In this document: positions 1 through 12,100 of the stretch, piece by piece
How positions within the stretch are numbered: position 1 is the stretch's first letter
How the letters are laid out: each line of letters opens with the position of its first letter
Assembly: GCA_001179505.1 (NCBI GenBank)
Contig: CDMY01000672.1
Coordinates: 1 to 33,114 of the forward strand
From: Vitrella brassicaformis CCMP3155
Lineage: Eukaryota; Protista; Chromerida
DNA length: 33,114 nucleotides
Reading direction: 5' to 3'
Program-made: the position numbers and the translations under genes
The notes under the pieces: generated by a model
Seen by the model: only the letters and a program-made list of their open reading frames with translations
Database searches by the model: none
What the model was told of the DNA's origin: nothing

Positions 1-868
1 AAAGCCAGGCAGCATCGCAGAGCGTTGGGCAACGGTCACACAAAACAACGCACACAAAGCTCGCCAACTCAACATAGTCAGCACGACCTCACCCACCCCA
101 TCGACGCCCCCAGCCAGGCGGCCACCGACATAGCGAAGAGCCTTTCATTCGACAAGGTGAACGTCGTGACGGTCGAGAATGCCCCTGGCTTCGACCCCCC
201 TCCCAGCACACCCTCCACGGCCCCCGCCATCATCGAACACCTACCACAGTTCCAAAGGGCCACAGAGCTGCGTATCCACAGCGCTGTGGGCGGTCCTGCG
301 GGCCGGCTGCTGGCGGAGAGGATGCCCAGGGAGGTAGAGACCGTCTGGTTTGGCGCAGCTGTCAGCACAGAGACGAGGAGGGGCGTGCTGGGGACGCTGG
401 GGGAGGGGAGGGAGGTGGGCACTGCCGAGTTGGGACACGATTGCAGTCATATCAGCCTCACTCAGGGCGGCGCCTTTGACGGCTGGGAGTCGGAGAGCTT
501 CCCATCCATTCGCACGATACTGATATACTTCTCAGGTATGTGAGGAAGGTGCTCGTCTGTGTCATCCGCCTTGTCTGTGTGTGTTTCATTCAGTGCCCGA
601 TGACTTGAAGGATGCTGTTGCCGCCAACCTCATACGCGACGGCCTCTCGACTTTGCTCAAGGCTGGCGTGCGCGGCCTGGCGAGTGTGGCGCTGGACCTG
701 CCGGACTACAAGTATGGCGACCGGCAGGACAAGCATGGCGACCTCGACGATGCCATTCGGCAGGTGTTCCGGGACAGATCGAGAGTGGGCGATTTCATCA
801 TCAACACTTGGGATGGTGTTGGCCCCCGGTTCTGGTACGAGTCCGTGACGGCAACTCGTACCTCCTAA
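1..868 (+). CDS. Hypothetical protein, 5'-truncated by the window edge (2 exons visible)
   Basis: Frame 1 is open from base 1 to the donor CAG|GTATGT. Intron 536-593 ends in TTCAG and is phase 1, joining ...IYFS-V-PDDLKDAV... Stop TAA at 866-868. No recognisable catalytic motif. Confidence 0.7.
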
Positions 869-918
869 ACGGTAAGAACGACGTGCGGAGGCAGATATTG
901 TGAGTTTCGGTTTGTCAA

Positions 919-958
919 TGTGTGTGTGTGTCTGTATGTGTGTGTGTGTGTGTGTGTG
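919..958 (+). repeat. (TG)n microsatellite
   Basis: Near-perfect TG dinucleotide run with two interruptions. Confidence 0.9.
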
Positions 959-1899
959 GTGGTCAGGCTGTCTGTCTGACAGCATCGTAGTGTAGCTGCT
1001 GCCGGACGGCCGAGGCCATCCGGCCGCAGGCATGTTGTTGGTGGATGGATGGAGGGATTTGTATGAAGTCGCTGTGTGCGTGGCCCGCCCAAATCTTGTG
1101 CGGGCGTATCAGATACCCTCACTCTCATCGTACGTCGTCGGTAATTGGATGGATGGACGGACGTAGGTGAATGTGTCTGCATTGTGAGGACAACTCGTCG
1201 CTCTCAGAGCGACCGATGCTTTTAGTCCGTCGGTCCAACAAGGCAAGGCGACACAGCACAGTAGCTTCCCAGCTGCCGCACGGCCGAGGCCATCTCTTGG
1301 TGATTGTGACTTGCTTGATGTGATGCATTGTGTGTGTCTGGATGGATGGATGGACTCATTCAGACGGACCTGACGCTGTGCGTCAAGTGTGCCTTGAGCA
1401 ATTAATTGTGTCACTTTCGATTCTTCCGATACATACAGCCGGCCGGCTGCCCCGCACATCCACCCACCAGGCACCATGCAAGACACTCACCGGCCAATTG
1501 TTGACACCCGGATGCACACTTGTTGATTGACTGAGGAAGAGAGAGAAAGAAGTGTCACAGTGGGAAAGGGTCCACATACGCTCACTCTACCTAGCATCGA
1601 AACACAGAAAAATGAATGGTAGAATACCCCGACGGTGTCTGTACACTCATCTATCCCACACATGCCCAACACGTCATGGCATCCAATGCCGGCTGGATCC
1701 GCCCCGCCCTCACAGTGCGACCGGCGTGAGCGTCGCCTGTCTGCGCCCCGCAAGGAGGCAAACGCCTGTCTCGTGACACAGACGTTTGCACCCTCTCAAG
1801 ACGCGGGCCGACAACACTCCACCCATCGCATACCAGCGAGAAACAACAAGCACGTCCACACAGACAGACGAGTGTGCAGCAGCCCCCCTTCCTTTCGCT

Positions 1900-2589
1900 T
1901 CACTCGGACACACGTGCAGGCGAGGACATGTACATGTACAGCGACACAATCGACTGCAGCCCCGTGAACACACTCATCCGCAGGGACTCCTGGACACCCA
2001 CCGTTTGCTTGAGCGCAGGGTCCTTGGCTATCATCCGGGCCGTCAGGGCGTGGGTCGTGGCCGCGCCGCCGCTCAGCAGCGACAGCAGCAGGAAGAAATT
2101 CACGTCAGAGGGGCCGACGATGAAGCCGTAGACAGTCGACGCCAAGATGGCAGAGTTCCAGCCTCTCAGAAAACTGCACACACACACAGACAGACACGTA
2201 GGCAGCACAGCGGATCCTTTCGGTGCTTCGCAGCTCCGTATTACCTGAAGAGCAACTGCTTCTGCGAGTCGCCGAGGCCCAGTTTGCTGTAGACCTCATC
2301 TGAAGTGGTGTGCTCCTGCTGCTCGACCAGAGCCCCATGCGCTTCAGCCTGAAAGAAAGAAAACGACACACAGCTGAGTGAATGCGCCGTGTTGTGTGGC
2401 AACTCAAACCACCGGAAAGATGAAGAAAGCGCTCGAGGAGTAGAAGTTCACGAGCTGTGCGAACCCTGAGTGCAAGGAACACACCGCACTTTCATGTGTT
2501 TCGCCTCGCAGGTGCCAATGCTGGACGTGCGTCTTCGCCTTACAGAAGAACAGATCCCTCGCAGGATGCTCTGAGCTCAAGATCCACAT
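1900..2589 (-). CDS. Small multi-pass membrane protein of unknown function (~160 aa, 4 exons)
   Basis: Exons 2589-2544, 2465-2413, 2348-2245 and 2173-1900 have GT-AG boundaries with consistent phases (1,0,2). Product: MWILSSEHPARDLFFWFAQLVNFYSSSAFFIFPAEAHGALVEQQ...FLRGWNSAILASTVYGFIVGPSDVNFFLLLSLLSGG...SIVSLYMYMSSPARVSE*. It has several hydrophobic segments. The start codon is uncertain. Confidence 0.6.
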
Positions 2590-3186
2590 GTGATCCAGCA
2601 ATCACGATCAAAGCTGCAGCAGATCTCTCAAACGATGGCTGCACACGCTCCGTGGCTCCGTGGCTGTGTCCTTTTCGTCCGTCCCCGGGGTTCTGGTCGC
2701 GGCGTCAGCTCGCAAAGTTTCAGCTCGCAATCGTGAGATCTGCGAAATAATTCAGGCTCCCTACCACCGCCAAGAGTCTGGCAGGGGACTGCTGCGCCGG
2801 ATTTGCCTCAAACGGCGGCGTTTTCTCCCACCCATTGTTGAAGGGTGCTTCCGCTTCTTCAGCTGATGCGGAGGCGCGGTGTCACGGCACAGATGGACGG
2901 CAAACCGCTGCACGTAGACTGGTAAGCCAAGGGAGAGAACGGAGGGAGGGAGAGAGGCGGCCGTATAGATGTGCCCATGGATCAGCCAGCGTCTCTTAAG
3001 AGCTGCAGAGAGAGAGAGGTGCCGTGCTGTGTGTTGTGTGTTGGTGTTGGTGCCATCGACACGGCTGCACATCCGTTTCTTCTCCCTGCGGTGTGTGTGC
3101 GTGTTTTCAGGCCATACGTCTAGACGAGCATAGATATCACATCCGTCCGTCCGACACTCTTCCTTCCTCCTGAGTGAGTCGGCGCC

Positions 3187-6100
3187 ATGGGAGCGTGCAT
3201 GTCCAAAGCGTTGGTGGACGAGACATACAAGAAGAAGGTCGACAGCGAGCGGCGCCCGAAGAGCTCCAAACCGTCGGCATCGACCACTCCCCGCGTCAGG
3301 CAGTCGCCCAAGTTCGGTCCCTCAGAGCCGCCCCCGCCCCTCCCTCGGGCGCCACATCCATATGTCGTCACGGCGCAGTACAGCGCGTATTTCTACCCCT
3401 CCATCCCGCCCAACTGCCCGCCCTCGGCGCTCGAGACGCTGGGCATGACGGCCATCCGGTTCTCGCAGAAGGTGGTGGGCCACCAGAACTGGTGCAACAG
3501 CCAGTCGGAGCCGAGGCTGCCCACCGACCTGGCCATCGAGATGTGTCAGAGCCTTGACGAGCTGCCGATGCGGCCGTGGGCCATGGTGGCCAAGTACCTG
3601 AGGTGCAGGCTCGTGAGCAACATGCAGCGGCTGACGGAGGCGCTCAAGGGCCACAGCAGCAATGGGGGAGGGGGAGGCGGAGGTCCGGTGGAGGCTGCCG
3701 ATATTGAGCTAGAAGACGACAATGCGTCGCTGCTGGGGGATAGTTTTGACGGCTTTGAGTGCGGGTGGGACGAAAGGGGCACGGGTGAGGAGGTGGATCT
3801 GTTCGGCAACGGCGAGGTGGTCAAGAAGATTTTGAAGGAGGGGGAGGCCAAGCCGCTCAGGGGGTGGCCTTATCGCGGTGTGGCTGTGGTGGACCTGGCA
3901 ATGTCGCCCAAGGATGTCATCAAATACGGTACGGTCGGTAGGTCAGATACATACATGGTCGCACACGCACAGAGAGAGGCAGGCAGGCAGGCAAGGCCAG
4001 ACCGGAGAGCTGCGCCCCTCCCCTCCCCCTCTCTCTCTCCGGTCTGTGCCGTACCTGCGTGTGTCGTGCGTGTGTGTGTGTTGTGTGTTGGTTGTCCTCA
4101 TATGTCAAGGGGGGATCAACTTCTCATCACCTCCTCCTTCTGACGATGCTCATGGGCATGCTGCGTCTTCTCCGTCACGCATGTCAGACCTCGCCAAGAC
4201 GGACATCCACGTGCCCCTCGACCCACACACCGAGGAGCAGTACCAGATCGTGACGCTGCAGATCACCGACACCGTCACCCTCAACGTCATCACCGAACTC
4301 AGATGCGGACTCATGACGATGAAAAGAGGTGTGTGTGGAGGGGGGGACGGGTGAGGAATGTCGCAATAGCCCGTTTGTGTGTGTGTGTGTGTGTGTCAGG
4401 AGAGCGTTCTGTGTTTGTGTTTCGCAACGCCTTCCACCGGTACCCCGACCCGAACGGGGAGCCAGACGTCAAGGTCAAGCCCGAGGGGGCGTGGCGCTAC
4501 ACCATCACTCTCAAGGACGTCCTCCCCCCGCACCACGACCGGCACATCCCACACCCACTCCCCCCGATGAGCGAGGGCTCCACCGACCGCTCCCTCACCG
4601 CCAACACGACAGCCACCTCCGCCCCCCTCCCCCACGCAAACGGTGGCGGCGCGTCGGTGTCGGTGACAGCGGCGTACGAGCAGCTCATGGCCACTCAACA
4701 GGACCTGCAGCGGCTGTTCGAGCAGCTCGAGTGGCTGTGTCGGATGGTGCTGCAGATGCTCACCGACGACACCGGGACGACGGGTTTGGATGCCGGAGGG
4801 GGCGAGGACGGCCGGCGTGGGCTCAGGGACGTGCTCATCCACTTCTTGGAGGAGTACTACATCCAGGCCAACCAGCAGCTGCAGACGAACCGGGATCTCA
4901 AGCCCTCGTTCTTCCACCTGCTGGCCATGCCACTCGACGCCAAGGAGAATGCCAAAGACGTGAGGCCCGACGGCACCGCCAAACCCTCGCCCGACGACAA
5001 GCAGATGGAGGAGAACAGGACCGCCTTCACTGAGTGGGCCTACCACCGCGGGCACGACAAGGCCCATGGCGACCACAGCGGGCTCCTGCGCTTCGCCGCG
5101 CAGGGCTTCGAGTACAAGGGCGTTTTCTTCCGCCTCGTCACGTCGGAGAGCGAGTGGCGCTTCATCCAGGACCAGATCGTGCTGATCAAGCAGGCCCTCT
5201 TCGACAACGACACCGACCCCTGCCCCCCACTGCTGGCGTGCGCCGAGGGCAACGGCGGCCGGCTGATCGCATCCCCCCTGCTGCCGCTCAGTTGGCTGCT
5301 CGGCCGGTTCGCCCCCGAGCCCCCAATGCCGATCACCAACCGGCTGCCGTCCGACGGCCCCATCGACACGGTGTGCGTCGTGAGCCGGCAGGACAACGGC
5401 ATCCCGCAGCTGGACGTCTGCCGCATCCAAGCAGACGACTGGGAGCATTTCGCCATGGTGGCGCAGGAGAGGGTGGGGTCGGAGCTGCACTTCTTCCCCC
5501 CCGGGGCGGCGACGGTCCACGGGCCGCCCATGTCGGAGCTGTTCGGGCAGTTCTGCGCCGTGCTGACGTCGTCGGGCAGCGCCAAGGAGGGCGAGGAGAC
5601 CAGCAACGACGATGGAGGCGGCGTCAAGGACGACAACCACCCGCTGCCCTGGACGAGCGACGACTTCGTCCTGGCCTTCACCACGCCCCTTCCGCCATAC
5701 CCCCCATCTATCCGCCAACAGAAGGCCAGCGATGGGGCGCCCCCGCAGCCATCCGTCGAGTGGGCTGGGGACGGCTGGCCCGATTTTGACGAGCGCACAC
5801 ATGACCGGCAGGACACCATCGAGACGCAGGAGGGCGGCCCCATCAGCCCGTTTGACGAGCGCATGCCGCGCAGCAACAACAACAACACCAACAACAGCAG
5901 CAGTATCAGCCCGGCCGGCGGCTTGACGCCCAGGATCCGCAACGACCTGGACAGTTTCCTCAAGGGCGAGGCGGGCTACGAGATCATCGACCACCTGCGC
6001 AACACACTGGTCAACGGCGACGGCATCCACGTCGACTCGCCCACGCCCCCCACGGCCCCAGCTCCCCTTCGCCCGCCCCCAGAGGCGCCAAAGCAGCCGG

Positions 6101-9100
6101 GCGTCGCCACGGCGCCCTCGCCGAGACACGGAGAGGACGCGACGCCCCCGTCCGAGCCCCCCAAGCCACAGACCAAGACGTTCCTGCGTCGGCCGTCCAG
6201 CTCAGACGCGGTGCTGATGAATGACGATGACAAGAAGAGCGTGATGCGTCGGCACTTCACCAAGGGTGGCGGCGCGGAGGGGCCGCCGGAACACGGAGGC
6301 AGCAGCGGCAGCAGCCGGGGCAGCAAGAAGGGGGCCAAGCTGAGGCGGTCCTTTAGCGCTGGGGAGCAGTCGCCGACCGAGACGATCTACGAGGAAGAGC
6401 CGGAGGACGGTGGTGGGTCTGGCAGGAAGGGGGCACAGAGGCGGGCGAGGCGGCCGCTGCCGTCACCCGAAGCCAACATCGCGCGCTCCCACACCCCGCC
6501 GCCCCCACTCGCACCCTTCATCGACAGAGCCCTGAAGGACCTGCGCAGCCTCCCCTTCGTGTCGTCGTCACAGTCGCTGCGTCGCCTCATCGAGCACCAC
6601 CACATCCGGCCGATCCCCGCCCTCTGGTGCCTGCTGGGCCGCTTGCTGTCGGTGCCTTACCCGTCGCCACACCCGTCGGACGCCATGCTGGTCGACGCGA
6701 TCTGCTGCGACCTGGTGGGCATGGCTGTGGGGATGGTGGTGCGGCAGCTGATGGGTATGCGGCAGGGAGGCATTAGTGGCGGTGGTGGTGGCGGTGGCGG
6801 TGGGGAGGGTGGGGTGGAGCGGCTGGGGTGGGGTTCGAGGCTGTTTGAGGAGGAGGTGACGCTGCTTGTCACCGAGATGCTCAATGTCCAGTATGATCGC
6901 TCCAGGTGCGTCTGCTCAGTGCGGGAAGACACTCACTGGTCGATGAATGAATGGCTTCTGTGTCTGTGTGTGTGTGTGCGGCCGATGCAGGGTGTCATCG
7001 GCGGATGCGAACCGTGATGCGATCAGGAAGCACAACCGCAGGAAGGCCCTCAACCTCTGCCTCGCCGCGTCACTCGCAGAGGTAGGTACTTGACAGACAC
7101 CTTGCGCCTCGCCCCTGCCATGTGTGGCGTCATGCCATGTGCTGTGCGGCCCCTTCTCCATCTCCTTTTCCAGGCGGCTCACTTCATGGACCTTCCTCTC
7201 AACACCGATCAGCGCTTCCTCGTCGACCGCGTCATTGACACCGTAAGACGGGACGGACCACACGACAATGACAATAAGGAGTCCTCCCCTTTCTGCTGTC
7301 CATGATTCAGGCAACGGCCTCCGCGCCCCTGTTGCTGGCCTTCATCGCCGAGCACCTGCACATTCGCGTCAACGAGGGCGTGTTCGCCTTTCTGCGGTCG
7401 GAGCGGCTCAAGCTCAAGGGCCGCCCGGTGCGGCTGACGGGCGAGGCCACACCGCGTCGCTTCGACGACGATATGCCGCTCATGCCGGCCACCCCGACGG
7501 ACCCCACTTTCAGAATGGCAGGTCAGCTGCACAGCCAGCGATATCACTGGACACTGGACACGTGACACGTATGTGTGTGTTCCATCCAATCAGAGGCCTT
7601 GTTCGAGACGACTGGCCCCCTGCGGATCGAGGAGACCTTCGTCCGGTCCCTGCGGCTGACGGCCTTCCTCCTCCCCCACCTGGTGCATCCCGCTTCGTCG
7701 CCCTCGTCGCCCTCCTCCCCCCTGCTCTCCCCCCCCAATCCCCGCACTCTCGGCGTAGGCGTCGCGCTCGGCCGGCTCCTGCACGACCACAACCTCGACC
7801 TGGCCAGCATGATCGTGCCATTCATCTCGTGGGTCGGGAGCACGCCGCGGCCCGGTGGTCTGCCGCCGCTGGACCCGACACCACCACCTCTCAACTTCAT
7901 GGAGCCTCCTGCAGGGGGAGAGGTCTCGCCCGCTCCAATGGCTGCGCCACTGCCGCCTCCGTCGCTCGCGCACGCCATTCCGTCCGTGGAGGTGATTCCT
8001 GCAACCGAGACGCTGGAGGCGCCGGTGGCTGGCGCGGCAGCAGCTGGCGATGGGGGCGATTCGCCGCCCTTTTCGCTCAACACGGTGACGATGGACCAAC
8101 CCACACACATGGCGAAGGCCTGGGGCGACGAGGTGACGCAGCAGGGCAGCGCGCTGACCCTCCGGGGCATCACCCTCACCCGTTGTCACTCCCACTCCCA
8201 CCCACACGAGTATGGCCACAGCTATGGCACCGAGAGCCTGATGTCGCTGCTGCACTGCGACCACGACTGCCCACTCGACACCCGGCCCATGACGATCCGC
8301 CTCAAGACGGTGCTGCTCTTTTGGACCTGGCGGGTGCTGCAGTACTCCCGCTCGAGCAGGGGAGGCGCGAGTGGCGGCATGGTGAGCGACCTGGCCCCAT
8401 GGGGCGGCGCACAGGCGTTGCAGCCGCTGCTGCCCATCGAGGGCCGGCGGTCGGAAGGAGGGGCGTCTGTCAGTGGTGGGGGTGGTGGGGGCGGTGGTAT
8501 GGGTGTGGGTCATGGTCACTTCATGGGGGGATCCGAATTCGAGGGGACTGTCAAGGATGTGATAGAGACGATTGAGACGGCCATGAAGAACCACAGCGGC
8601 AGCTGCATGATGCTCCCGCCAGAGACATACATCGGACTCGCCATACTCAAGTACTTGAGGGCAGCGGGGCGGTGGGTGGGAGAGAGAAAGACAGACATTC
8701 CAGCACTTTCTTTCTGTTGTTGCGCGTTTGTGTCGTGTGTCGTCGATCAGGTTTCTGTGGCGCCTGCAGCTGCGTGACATAGAGGAGGCTTTGCGGTTGC
8801 TGCTGCACGCGCAGAGCCTGCTGGAGGACCTCTGGGGCGACCCCCGCTTCCCGGGCAGCAGGGGCCACCCCTTCTCCCTCTTCATCTCATGGATGGTTGC
8901 ACAGCTTTACATCAACGCGTGAGCCGAGCCACACAGGCCTGCCCAACCCAAACCAACCCTCCACACACACGCTCTCACTCTCTCCCTCTCTCTGTGCATG
9001 ATGCCCGCAGGGGTGAGGTGTCAGCGGCAGAGGGCTACATCGAGCGCTTCCGCGCCCTCCGGCTGTCCTTCCCCTTCTGCCCCCTCCCATGGACCCTCCC

Positions 9101-12100
9101 CTTCAAACTCCCCAACCCCAAGCGCCAGCAGCCCCCCTCCGTCCAGGCCAGCAGCCCACAGCCCGACCCACTGACACCCATGGCCTCACTCGGCGGCCAC
9201 AGCAACGACAACCAGCCACAATCACCGGCGGCAGCAGCAGCAGCGGGAGGAGGGGCCGATGACGACGACAGCCCGTTGGCTCCCTCGGTCAAGAGCGACT
9301 TTGCGCAGGTGGCTGGGGCGATGCGGGCGGGCCTGGGCAAGTGGGGCGAGGCGGCACAGGGGTGGATGTCCCCGAGTGTGGGGCGGAGGCAGCTGCAGGC
9401 GCCGTCGCCGTCGAGCCGGACGTCGCTCATGGGGCTGCTGGGGGGCAGCCCCAAGCTCACGCCCATCCAGGAGAAACATGCTAGGATGTGAGCAAGAGCA
9501 AGGGGGCGGCCGAGAGAAACGTTTGAGAAGAATGGATGGATGGTTCGTGTGTTGTGCTGTGTTGTGGTGTGTGCAGTCCATCTGGCGAGATGGTGTTGCC
9601 GCCCAGCCGTGTTGGCCACCTGCCGCAGAGACAGAAGAGGCGCATACATGTCCCACGTAAGCCGAGCCGACAAACACACACAGCCACGCCTAGCCAAGAC
9701 AAGGCATACACACACAAGGCCTGCACTGCTGCACTCATCCCCCCGTTCATTCAGTGCCCGACCGCGACGTCGGTCCCGACGAGGAGTCCATCGCCACCAA
9801 CGTGAGCGACCTGCTGCAGGAGATCCCCAACCTCAAGAACTGGCTCATGGCCAACCACCCACTCCTCCACTCATCCCCCGTCCGGCTGCACATCCGACAC
9901 AACGCCTTCGCCCCATTCATACCCCCTCGGACGCTCTGGGGGGGCCTGCCTCTCGAGAGGCAGGTTGGCGGTGGTGGCGGTGGTGGTGGTAGTGGTGGTG
10001 GCATGACACCAGGGATGCCGGGTGGTCCGCCGATATCGATGTCGATGCGGGTCAACCTGAGTGGCGGTTCGGTGCCGCCCAGGCCCAGGCCGGCGGTGCA
10101 GATGGGCGACAAGAGCCAGGTGCCCATGGCGCCCAGACCACCCACACCCAGAAAATCGGTACGTACGTCTGCGCGTCTGTGCGAGTTGACACCACAAGAG
10201 AGAGCGGCATTGCCTGCGTGTCACTCACTGTTGTTGTGTGTTGTCAGGTTGTCGCCGGCAGCGTCTACACGTTTGGCGAGAACAGCAATGGCGAGCTCGG
10301 CCTGGGCCGCCCCCTCATCCCCGACAAGGGCGAGAGCCAGGCCAAGCCGAGACACACGGCACAGGCCGCAGCCAAGCTCCTGGGGCAGTCGCCCGAGCCT
10401 TACATGCCGCCTTCAGACGGGCCGAAAGGTCTGCGTGACTGCGTGGAGAGCGGGGGCGTTGATGTGTCCTGGACGGGGCGGCCTGCCAAGGTGGTTGGTC
10501 TCAAGGATGTGGAGATCGTTGAGGTGGCCTGTGGGGACGCGTCCTCTGCTGCAATCGACAGAGAGGTCAGTGAGTGAGTGACTGAGTGAGTGACCCACCA
10601 CCACCACACCCTCGGGAGAATCAGCCCACTGTCTGTCTGTGTGTGTGGGTGCAATGGGTGCATGTGCAGGGTTGTCTGTACGTGTGGGGCCAGAACGTCG
10701 ACTCTCAGCTGGGCATTGCCCCCACGTCGCGACACCCAGGCGACCTCTCCGCTCCAGAGGCAGCCACACCGCCAGCCCACTTCTCCTCTCTCACACCACC
10801 CACCCCACCAGCACCAGCAGCAGCACCAGAGGAGAAGAGCACCAAACACGACCCCAAGAGAGACGAAGACGACAACCAGCCGCCGACCGCCCGGGCCCCC
10901 CACCACCTGAACTTCATAGCGGTCCCCCTGTGCGTTAACCTGACCCTCGACGTCCGCTTCAAGGCCATCGCGTGCGGCAACGGCTTCGCCATCGCGCTCA
11001 CCATCAACGGGGACGCCTTCAGCTGGGGCGTCAACACACGGGGCCAGCTGGGGCTCGGCGACTTCCAGCCCCGCCACACGCCCACACAGATCCCCGCCGC
11101 CCTCACGTCCGCCCACTTCAACCAGCTCGAGAAGGTGGCTTGCGGGGCGGAGAACGTCATCGCGCTCACCGGCAAGGGGCAGCTCTTCGTGTGGGGGGCG
11201 GGCCACGGCGGGCAGCTGGGCGTTCCTGAGGAGAAATTCGCGATAGCCGAGAAGGCCTACGGCGGCTTCCCAGGCGACATCAGGTGCCTCAGCCGCCCCG
11301 AAAGGCTCCGCTTCTTCACGACACAGGGCGATCCCATGGGGCCGCTCGTCCACCTGGCCATCGACCACCCCGGCACACAGACACACACAGCCCCCTCCCA
11401 ACTGGGGTCGTACGGCTCGATGGCCCCCTCCGTCCCCGTGTCGCCCGCTTCCCGCTCGGTGCGGCCGTCGCACAAGCCGCCCACCCCTCCCAGGATGGGG
11501 GCGCAATCTCGCCTCAGCACGCCCCCCCGCACACCGCCCCAGGGCCACGCCAAATTGAACAAGCAGACGAGCCGCATTTTCATCCTCACGGAGGACCACG
11601 CCGACATCACCAAGTTCGTCGATCCGCAGCCGACGGCGAGCTTGAGGGTGGGCAGCAACCCCCGGGCGGCCAAGCACTCGAGGGGCGAGCGGATCTCGTA
11701 CCGCGATTTCGGCGAGTACGAGTTGAAGTTTGACGACGTGGCGGCGGGCGAGGCGCACTGTCTGGTCATCGATAGGGCGGGCATCGTGTGGGCGTGGGGG
11801 GCGACGCTGACGGGCCAGTGTGGGCATGGGTATTCCATGGAGAGCGGCGAGTATGCCCTGAACATGGAGGTGGGCTACCAGCGGTTCCCCATGGCCATCC
11901 CGCCCTTCCGTACCTCATGGGGGCTCGAAAAGGTCAGCCAGCTGGGACGGACCCCACTCGCGCATCTGTGTGTGTGTGTGTGTGTGGTTTATGGACCGAT
12001 CGATTCGATCAGGCGTGGAAGGTGTCTGCGGGCGGCAACCTGTCGGCGTGCATCACCGACCGAGGGACGCTCTTCATGTGGGGCAACAACGATGTGGGCC

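Noticed and set aside
3790-3900. GEVVKKILKEGEAKP resembles the start of an FKBP-type PPIase domain
   Set aside because: The following sequence lacks the other FKBP core motifs, so it cannot be supported by eye.
4396-6129. 577-aa minus-strand ORF and other long antisense or alternate-frame ORFs (7590-8885, 10400-11827, 29425-30192, 31214-31894)
   Set aside because: They are shadows of the real exons in GC-rich, stop-poor DNA. They have no motifs or supporting splice structure, and are Arg/Gly/Ala-biased.
9489-9491. In-frame TGA suggesting a gene end, readthrough or selenocysteine
   Set aside because: It lies within the donor AT|GTGAGC. The small exon 9577-9656 restores the phase to the next exon, so no recoding is needed.
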